Source of the DNA: Candidatus Latescibacterota bacterium | Lineage (GTDB): Bacteria > Latescibacterota > UBA2968 | Direction: 5' to 3' | Assembly: GCA_038279365.1 (NCBI GenBank) | Contig: JAYODI010000032.1 | Location: forward strand, 13,915-55,010 | DNA length: 41,096 bases | Shown: positions 8,403-15,469 of the stretch, piece by piece | Layout of the letters: each line of letters opens with the position of its first letter | Numbering within the stretch: position 1 is the stretch's first letter | Translations under genes and position numbers: made by a program | The notes under the pieces: model-generated | What the model was told of the DNA's origin: nothing | The model's input: the letters and a program-made list of their open reading frames with translations, nothing else | The model's database searches: none

Positions 8403-8539
8403 ATTTAACGTCGGCGGTGACCGACGAGCTGTTGCTTGAGTAAAATGATAAACGGGTTTTAGATAATAAGTAAAGCAAATAGTCAACAGCTTGTGGGTGG
8501 TTGTGTGGTTGTGAGGGGAACGGCCACCGCATGTTCTAA
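8403..8539 (-). repeat. attC-like recombination site (site C, 137 bp)
   Basis: Minus strand reads TTAGAAC-AT-GCGGTGGCCG ... CGGTCACCGC-CGAC-GTTAAAT. Inner stem AGCTGTTG/CAACAGCT (8427-8434 / 8484-8491). Confidence 0.7.
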
Positions 8540-8685
8540 GATGTTGACTGGCTGGGGTGGTTGGGTTTCGGGGATCTTTTCTCTCGCCTCTGAACTATGA
8601 GCAACCCGCTGTCCGTTTTGCACCTGCGTTTTGGTCGGGTATCACCAACCTTGATTTGGTTTTTAGCCAGGCAATGTCTTAGAAC
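8533..8685. repeat. 153-bp non-coding unit with 21-bp terminal inverted repeats (ORF-less cassette or MITE-like element)
   Basis: GTTCTAAGATGTTGACTGGCT (8533-8553) matches the reverse complement of 8665-8685 (GTTCTAAGACATTGCCTGGCT) at 18/21. No credible ORF inside. Confidence 0.6.
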
Positions 8686-8686
8686 T

Positions 8687-8762
8687 TCCCGATGTCCGTA
8701 AAAAAGGTTCGGACATCGGGAGTTTATTCTTTAGACTGCGAACTTTTTTAAAAAAGGTTCGG
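8687..8762. repeat. Pair of REP-like palindromes sharing a direct repeat
   Basis: Perfect 12-bp stem TCCCGATGTCCG/CGGACATCGGGA (8687-8721) and CGAACTTTTTT/AAAAAAGGTTCG (8739-8761). TAAAAAAGGTTCGG occurs at 8699 and 8749. Confidence 0.6.
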
Positions 8763-9043
8763 GTTTGTGTATTCTGATTGAGAACGTATGCAAGATGTGT
8801 GTCACGCATTTCATTTTAGGGCGTGGTCGTTTACTCGGTTTGGACATGGTTTAAATAAACGCTCTGATATTCTAATAATGTAGTTTAGACTTTTTTTAAC
8901 CCATATGCAAAGACTATTTTTAGTGAGCGAATAGGCAGTATATTACATACCACTCCAAGAATGACTGGCGAATGCCCCACTAATCTATTTTATTATTCAG
9001 ATTGGTTGATATTTAAGACGATATAAACAGAAAGGATTTTGAG

Positions 9044-10354
9044 GTGAGTCAAAAGCCCAATGTGGTTGTGATTTTTTTAGATGATTCTGGATGGGCAGAT
9101 TTTCGTCCATTTTGGCCAACAAAATATCCAACCCCCAACGTTGAAAAGTTGGCCAGTGAAGGGGCGTGTTATCACCAGTTTTATGTGCCACAGGCCATTT
9201 GCTCGGCATCGCGAGCATCTTTGCTTACGGGATGTTATCCGGGGCGTCACAAAATATATGGTGCTATCGCACCGCGCTCTCGTGGATTGGAGCCTAACTT
9301 TGCAACGATAGCTGAGGTGCTTAAGCCTGCGGGATATGCAACGGGTGTGTTTGGCAAATGGCATATTGGTGATCATGAAGAAACGCGCCCACCAGCACGC
9401 GGGTTTGATGAATCTTCTGGATTAATGTATTCCAATGATATGTGGCGGCATCACCCAGAGTCGCGCAATTTTGACAAATTTGATTTGCAATTTTGGCGCA
9501 ACGGTGAAATTGAAATTGAAGATGTGACCCCAGAGCAACAGCGCAACTTAACCACGTGGTATACCGAACATGCTGTAGATTTTATTGCGCGCCATGCTGA
9601 TGAACCATTTTTTTTGTATGTGCCACATAACATGCCCCATGTGCCGTTGTTTTGTAGCGATAAGTTTGAAGGCAAATCGGGGTATGGGTTGTATGCCGAT
9701 GTGATGATGGAGATCGATTGGTCGGTTGGGCAAATTATGGGTGCCTTGGATGAGGCGGGCGTGGCAGACAACACGTTGGTAATTTTTACATCAGATAACG
9801 GCCCGTGGATTTCGTATGGCAACCATGCAGGGCACACGCCCTATCGTGAGGCAAAAGGCACGGGCTTTGATGGGGGCACACGCAGTGCCTGTGTGATGCG
9901 TATGCCGGGGCACATTCCTACAGGCACTGTGTCTCATCAGGCGTTTTGCTCTGTAGATTTGTTGCCCACCTTTGCAAAATTGGCGGGTGCCGCATTGCCA
10001 GAATATGAGATTGATGGGGTGGATGTTTGGGATATTATTTGCGCAAAGCCTGAAGCCAAAAATCCACATGCATATTACCCCGTGTCAACGGCACGCAACT
10101 TTGATGGTGTGGTCAGTGGCGATGGCAAGTGGAAGTTGCATTTGCCACATCCTTATCGCACGCTTGTAGAAGCTGGAAATGATGGGCAACCAGGAAGATA
10201 TGAAACCACATCGATTGAATTGTCTTTGTTTGATATGGAAAATGACCCATATGAAACGACCAATGTGATTGATAAATATCCTGAGGTGGCCCAAAAATTA
10301 CAAGCATATGCTGAGAAACATAAGCAGATGTGGTGGGTCGAAAAGGCGAATTGA
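9044..10354 (+). CDS. Cys-type sulfatase (arylsulfatase A-like)
   Basis: PNVVVIFLDDSG, CSASRASLLTG (CxA/PxR), GKWHIG, FTSDNGP. GTG start after AAAGGA. No signal peptide. Confidence 0.93.
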   Translation: MSQKPNVVVIFLDDSGWADFRPFWPTKYPTPNVEKLASEGACYHQFYVPQAICSASRASLLTGCYPGRHKIYGAIAPRSRGLEPNFATIAEVLKPAGYATGVFGKWHIGDHEETRPPARGFDESSGLMYSNDMWRHHPESRNFDKFDLQFWRNGEIEIEDVTPEQQRNLTTWYTEHAVDFIARHADEPFFLYVPHNMPHVPLFCSDKFEGKSGYGLYADVMMEIDWSVGQIMGALDEAGVADNTLVIFTSDNGPWISYGNHAGHTPYREAKGTGFDGGTRSACVMRMPGHIPTGTVSHQAFCSVDLLPTFAKLAGAALPEYEIDGVDVWDIICAKPEAKNPHAYYPVSTARNFDGVVSGDGKWKLHLPHPYRTLVEAGNDGQPGRYETTSIELSLFDMENDPYETTNVIDKYPEVAQKLQAYAEKHKQMWWVEKAN

Positions 10355-10428
10355 TGTTGGGGCAGGTTTTGAAAAACGACCAGAATAGATATCGAACAAA
10401 ATTTAATCCTTTTTTATAGGAGATTATT

Positions 10429-11244
10429 ATGGGTGTGGCAACAAAAGGATGGACATCGACCATGACGGAAATGGAAACGGTGTTGTTCGATTTGAAGGGG
10501 TATATTCTGTTTCCTTCGGTATTAAGTGAAGATGAGATCGCGCCTATTAAAGAACAGTGTGAAAAATTGCGTACAGATAAGGCTTCATTGTCGCCCTCTG
10601 AACAATGTTTGCCAGGTGGGGCAGCTTCGGTGTTGATTGATCACCCCGCCATTATGCGGGTGTTGCATACTATTATTGATGATGATACGGAAAAGATTCG
10701 GCTCGAAGGTGCTTTTTTGAGTTATCGCCATCAAGGAGACAATCACAGGGGGTGGACACCCCATGCGGGTGGGAAGTCTGTGAATCCGAACTACAGCTAT
10801 CAATATCATGATGGAAAAATATATTCGGGTATGACACGTGTGGTGTGGGAGTTAAATGGGGTGGAGAAGGGCAAGGGGGGCACGGCATTTATTCCGGGTA
10901 GCCACAAATCGAACTATCGAAAAAAATTGCCCTTGTTCGATGATCCCAATTCGGGAGTGTGGGACACATATGAATGCCCACCAGGGTCGTTGTTGGTTTT
11001 TTCGGAGGCCGTTCGACATACATCTTGCGATTGGACACAAAACGATCCGCGTATGGCTTTATTTTTTGCATACAACCATATCAATGTGCGCCATCATAAA
11101 CCTGGGTTTACAGATGAAATGTTGGCGTCTCTTTCACCGGCACATCGTCGCTTCTTTAATGAAGTCTATCACCCTCAGTTTGATCGAGATGAGTGGAAGA
11201 CACGGTTGCAACCGAAGCATCAGAATGGGAAACAAGAAGGGTGA
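10429..11244 (+). CDS. Phytanoyl-CoA dioxygenase (PhyH)-family Fe(II)/2-oxoglutarate enzyme
   Basis: FDLKGYILFPSVLS, GGTAFIPGSHK, PGSLLVFSEAVRH, R-x-A-L-F. AGGAG RBS. Confidence 0.85.
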   Translation: MGVATKGWTSTMTEMETVLFDLKGYILFPSVLSEDEIAPIKEQCEKLRTDKASLSPSEQCLPGGAASVLIDHPAIMRVLHTIIDDDTEKIRLEGAFLSYRHQGDNHRGWTPHAGGKSVNPNYSYQYHDGKIYSGMTRVVWELNGVEKGKGGTAFIPGSHKSNYRKKLPLFDDPNSGVWDTYECPPGSLLVFSEAVRHTSCDWTQNDPRMALFFAYNHINVRHHKPGFTDEMLASLSPAHRRFFNEVYHPQFDRDEWKTRLQPKHQNGKQEG

Positions 11245-11285
11245 GCAATCTGTTTCTTGCAAAGTGAAATGGGTGGTTTCAAAAC

Positions 11286-11320
11286 AAAAGAGCTCTATTT
11301 TTTTGAAATAGGGCTTTTTT
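11286..11320 (+). terminator. Rho-independent terminator
   Basis: AGCTCTATTT-TTTTG-AAATAGGGCT stem-loop followed by a T-run. Confidence 0.6.
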
Positions 11321-11401
11321 GTTTATATTTGCTTGGTTGAAAGCCTATTGGGCGTATGTTAAGATTTTTCCTACAATTTTAGAATTGTTCAGAAAGTATA
11401 T

Positions 11402-12622
11402 ATGGCAACGCGCATTGTTGTGACTGGTATGGGCTGTGTTTCTGCGCTGGGTATCGGATGTGATGCTTTTCAAAAAGGTCTGTTTGAGGGGCAGTGTGGC
11501 ATTGGGCCTATTTCGCTTTTTGATACCCACGATTGTAAAGTGCGTATCGCTGGAGAAGTGCCTCATTACGATGGGAAGGCGTGCTTTGATAAACGTCAGT
11601 TGGGTCAGCTCGACCGTTTTGCTCAGTTTGGTGTGCTTTCTGCGCGCGAAGCCGTTGCACAAGCGGGGTTGATTTTTAAAAATGATCTTGCCGAACGGAC
11701 AATGGTTGTTCATGGCACGGCCATTGGTGCTCAAAATACACAAGATGAAGCGTATCAACAGTTTTATGGTACGCCCGAAAAGCGTGTGAGCGGAATGACC
11801 ATTCCCAAAGCGATGACAAGTGCTTGCGTGAGTCAAATTGGTTTGGATTTGGGTATCAAAGGCCCTGCATTTGGCACGGTAAGTGCGTGTGCTTCTGGGG
11901 GGCATGCCATTGCAATGGCTGTGATGATGCTTCGGTCGGGTGTTGCAGATGTGGCTCTGGCAGGCGGGGCAGACGCACCACTTGTGCGTGGTCTGATGCG
12001 TTCTTGGGAGAAGCTTCGGGTTTTGGCAAAAGATACCTGCCGGCCCTTTTCTAAAGATCGAACGGGCATGGTTTTGGCCGAAGGAGCAGGCACATTGGTG
12101 TTAGAAACGTTGCCTTATGCTCAAAAACGCGGTGCGACTATTTTGGCAGAGTTGGTGGGTTTTGGTATGAGTTCTGATGCATATAGCCTCGTGCAGCCAG
12201 AACCCGAAGGCCAAATACGCGCTATTCAAGGTGCATTAAATGATGCCCATTGGGATGTAACGGGTGTGGATTATATCAACGCACATGCCACGGCAACTCT
12301 TTTGGGTGACCCGACAGAAACACAAGCGATTCGTAGGGTTTTTGGGGCTCATGCAGATGCGTTGTTGGTTTCTGCAAGCAAGTCATTGTTTGGGCATGCC
12401 TTGGGGGCCAGCCCCGCACTTGAAGCCATTGCCACCATTATGGCCATTCGAGAAGCGGTGGTGCCACCTACCATAGGTTATTTGGGTTTTGATCCTGCAT
12501 GTGATTTGGATTGTGTGCCCAATCAGGCAAGGCCAATGGTAATTGACCGTGCGTTGAGTCATTCGTTTGCTTTTGGTGGATTAAATACGGTTTTGGCATT
12601 CCAAAAGTATGGTGTTGCATGA
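11402..12622 (+). CDS. fabF: Beta-ketoacyl-[ACP] synthase (FabF/NodE-like)
   Basis: RIVVTGMGCVSALG; catalytic Cys in SACASG; CRPFSKDRTGMVLAEGAG; His in NAHATAT and GHALGA; SFAFGG. Confidence 0.9.
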   Translation: MATRIVVTGMGCVSALGIGCDAFQKGLFEGQCGIGPISLFDTHDCKVRIAGEVPHYDGKACFDKRQLGQLDRFAQFGVLSAREAVAQAGLIFKNDLAERTMVVHGTAIGAQNTQDEAYQQFYGTPEKRVSGMTIPKAMTSACVSQIGLDLGIKGPAFGTVSACASGGHAIAMAVMMLRSGVADVALAGGADAPLVRGLMRSWEKLRVLAKDTCRPFSKDRTGMVLAEGAGTLVLETLPYAQKRGATILAELVGFGMSSDAYSLVQPEPEGQIRAIQGALNDAHWDVTGVDYINAHATATLLGDPTETQAIRRVFGAHADALLVSASKSLFGHALGASPALEAIATIMAIREAVVPPTIGYLGFDPACDLDCVPNQARPMVIDRALSHSFAFGGLNTVLAFQKYGVA

Positions 12623-12670
12623 TGTTGGACGCATCAGATTAAGCAGGTTTTTAGAATTGATTTGGACCAT

Positions 12671-12707
12671 AAAAAAAGTCCCGTGTCATTTTTGGCACGG
12701 GACTTTT
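12671..12707. terminator. Bidirectional rho-independent terminator
   Basis: AAAAAAAGTCCCGTGTCA-TTTT-TGGCACGGGACTTTT between convergent genes. Confidence 0.85.
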
Positions 12708-12728
12708 GATTTTGAGGTCAAGTTTCTA

Positions 12729-13691
12729 TTACAAATGGACATCGATGGGTTCTGATTTTTCTTTTTCCTTTTGATTGACATCACGCAATAATTGAGGTGT
12801 AAATGCGATACCTTGTTTTTGAGCCATACGGCGTTGGATACGGTTGTAACGCCCCTCTTCGAGTATTCTGTCGGGGACGGGCGTGAGGTCTTTTACCAAG
12901 CCTATCCAAGACATCATTTTAAGAATGCTATATGTAATGTCGATTTCGTGCCAGAAGAATCCGTTGCGTGTAGATGCTTGGTAACGGTGGTGGTTGTTGT
13001 GCCATCCTTCACCCAAGGTAATGAGTGCCAATAGCCAATGGTTGCGGCTTTGATCACCTGTGTAATATTGTTGTTTGCCCCAATAATGCATGAGGGAGTT
13101 GATGGTATAGGTGCCATTGCTAAGCAAAAATGTGGACACAAAATAACCCCAAACCGTCCAATGCCAGCCGCCCACTAAAAACAACCCCACACCCAGCATA
13201 ACAGAAGGCACATACCAATATTTGTCGAGCAGGCGCAATTCGGGAAAGCGCATCAGTTCTGGAATCATTTCGGTATGGGTTGCGTCATTTTCTCGATAAA
13301 GAAACCACATCCAATGGCTGTGCCAAAAACCTTCGTGGGAGTTGTGTGGGTCTTCCTTGGTGTCACTTTTTTTGTGGTGAATGCGATGATGAGCGGCCCA
13401 CCACAGGGGGCCTTTTTGCGTGGCTGTGGCACCTAAAAAGGCGGCCAAAAATTGCATGATGCGCCCCATGCGGTAGGTGCGGTGCGAGAAGTAGCGATGG
13501 TAAAAGCCTGTAATGGCAAACATACGAATGAAATAAGATGCAAAACAAACCAGCACACCCGTCCAAGAAAAATAGGTTGTAAATGCAAGCAAAACAGACA
13601 TTTGTAGAAAAATGAAAGGTAAGATGGTGAGTCTTAGGGTACCGTGTTGCGTGCGCCACTGGAATTTGGAGCGCGCGTTTGTGTTGCTCAT
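12729..13691 (-). CDS. Membrane delta-9 fatty acid (acyl-CoA) desaturase
   Basis: His boxes YHRYFSH, HHRIHH and GEGWHNNHH; QKGPLWWAAHHR; hydrophobic segments. Start reassigned to ATG 13691 (GGAG 6 nt upstream). Confidence 0.92.
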   Translation of the reverse strand: MSNTNARSKFQWRTQHGTLRLTILPFIFLQMSVLLAFTTYFSWTGVLVCFASYFIRMFAITGFYHRYFSHRTYRMGRIMQFLAAFLGATATQKGPLWWAAHHRIHHKKSDTKEDPHNSHEGFWHSHWMWFLYRENDATHTEMIPELMRFPELRLLDKYWYVPSVMLGVGLFLVGGWHWTVWGYFVSTFLLSNGTYTINSLMHYWGKQQYYTGDQSRNHWLLALITLGEGWHNNHHRYQASTRNGFFWHEIDITYSILKMMSWIGLVKDLTPVPDRILEEGRYNRIQRRMAQKQGIAFTPQLLRDVNQKEKEKSEPIDVHL

Positions 13692-14083
13692 ATTTTTCTC
13701 CAAATCATGCATGAATATTCGAAATTTTGTATGTAACAAAAAGGAAATGAGGGGGCGAAGCTTTTTTCGAGGCCAAAAAGGTTCGGTGTGTCAGGTTGGA
13801 CAAAACTCTTAATAGTATAACAAAGTGCAAGATATTGGAAAGAAGTATATGCAAAGCAAGAAATGTTTCAATTTGATCTAAGCGTGCATAAATATAAGAT
13901 AAAAACCAAAATAGCGGATAGGATAGGACAAAAAAGACAAAGATAAGTTTGTTTTATGAAGATGTTGAAAATGGTTTATGTGGGATAGTGACCGGTCTTT
14001 GAAGTGCTGGCGTCTGATTTATAAGTGTTTTAATTTGACGATTGTATTCGGTATCTGTTCACTTTTAAAAAAGCGGGTGTGTT

Positions 14084-15460
14084 ATGTCAGATCGTCCAAA
14101 TATCATTTACATTGTTGCGCACGATTTGGGGCGCATGTTGGGGTGTTATGGGCGAGGGTTCAAATCGCCCAACTTAGATCGGTTTGCATCGGAAGGGGCG
14201 TTGTTTAATAAGACCTATTGTACGACCACGGCTTGTAGCCCTTCGCGTGGATGTGCTTGGACCGGGCAATATGCACATACCAATGGCCTGATGGGGCTTG
14301 TAAACCGAGGATGGAGTTTGCCAGTTGAGCGGCGCACCATTGTGGATCATATGAATGATGCGGGTTATCACACGGCGCTTGTGGGTTTGGATCATGTGCG
14401 CAAGTTTCGGGAAGACCATCGGTTTTTGGAATATGCCCCCGCAGATCCTAGAACCGCTGTTGCTGCGGACAATGCAATTGAATTTTTGAAATCGCGACAA
14501 GGCAAAGAACAACCTTTTTATTTGAATATGGGCACCATTGAAGTACACGGGTCACAATGGGGTACCTGGCATGCCAACAGAGAAAAAACAGGTGTTGAAC
14601 CTTTGGTAGATCGATATGGGTGGTCCAAAGCAGATGAAGCCCCCATTCCACCCACATATAAAGACCACCCATCTGTGCGGCGTGAAATGGCCAATTATCA
14701 AGCTTGTATCAGTTATCTCGACTTTCACCTTGGACGGTTGTTTAATGCCATTGATCGGTTGGGTTTTCGTGACAATACGATTGTGATGTTTAATGCCGAT
14801 CATGGTATGGAAGGGTTGCGCGGTAAGGGCACGTTGTATGAATTGGGTATGGAGATTGCGTGTATGATGCGCGGGCCGGGTATTACACCGGGCACCGTGG
14901 TGGATCATTTGGTGCAGAATATTGATTATGTGCCCACGTTTTTAGATGCCATTGGTGCTCCAACGCCCAATGATATTCAAGGGCACAGCTTTTGGCCCTT
15001 ATTAACGGGAGGAGATTATACACCCACAGAGAAGATTTTTGCCGAGCGCAATTTTCATGGCGGATCAAATGGCACCTATCCAGATGGCACACCGACCAAT
15101 TTGGATCCGATGCGATCTGTGCGCACGCAGAAGTACCATTTGATTCAAACATTTGGTGATGGACGAAAAAGCAGTTGGACTCCTGAAACCGTACCTGAGG
15201 TCAGGGATACGTTTAATATGTACCCCAGTCAGGTATTTCCAGGGTGCTCAGCCCCTCGCGAGACGGTGGAGTTATTTGATTTGGAAAAAGACCCTTACGA
15301 TTGGCACAATGTGGCTCAAGACCCGGCTTATGCCACTGTGCGCGATGCATTAATGCAAGACCTCGATGCGTGGCGAAAAGAAACAAAAGATCCATTGCTT
15401 GAAGGCCCATTGCAAGATGAGTTACACCCTTGGCCCGATGCCCCTACGCATAATATTTAG
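14084..15460 (+). CDS. Cys-type sulfatase, N-sulfoglucosamine sulfohydrolase (sulfamidase)-like
   Basis: PNIIYIVAHDLG, CSPSRG..TGQYAHTNGLMGL, ADHG, KGTLYE, ELFDLEKDP. Confidence 0.9.
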   Translation: MSDRPNIIYIVAHDLGRMLGCYGRGFKSPNLDRFASEGALFNKTYCTTTACSPSRGCAWTGQYAHTNGLMGLVNRGWSLPVERRTIVDHMNDAGYHTALVGLDHVRKFREDHRFLEYAPADPRTAVAADNAIEFLKSRQGKEQPFYLNMGTIEVHGSQWGTWHANREKTGVEPLVDRYGWSKADEAPIPPTYKDHPSVRREMANYQACISYLDFHLGRLFNAIDRLGFRDNTIVMFNADHGMEGLRGKGTLYELGMEIACMMRGPGITPGTVVDHLVQNIDYVPTFLDAIGAPTPNDIQGHSFWPLLTGGDYTPTEKIFAERNFHGGSNGTYPDGTPTNLDPMRSVRTQKYHLIQTFGDGRKSSWTPETVPEVRDTFNMYPSQVFPGCSAPRETVELFDLEKDPYDWHNVAQDPAYATVRDALMQDLDAWRKETKDPLLEGPLQDELHPWPDAPTHNI

Positions 15461-15469
15461 GAGATATAA

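Larger units (their letters stand above)
5663..8685 (-). mobile_element. Putative integron gene-cassette array without integrase (CALIN): three TA cassettes plus one ORF-less cassette
   Basis: TA modules alternate with TAAC...GTT-bounded hairpins (5663-5805, 6510-6645, 7510-7602, 8403-8539). Cassette ends are mutually complementary (7596-7612 vs 8393-8409; 8533-8553 vs 8665-8685). AT-richer than the flanks. No tyrosine recombinase in the window. Confidence 0.7.

Noticed and set aside
5663..8762. CRISPR array or IS element as an explanation of the repeats
   Set aside because: Repeats are not identical or regularly spaced, and there are no cas or transposase genes.
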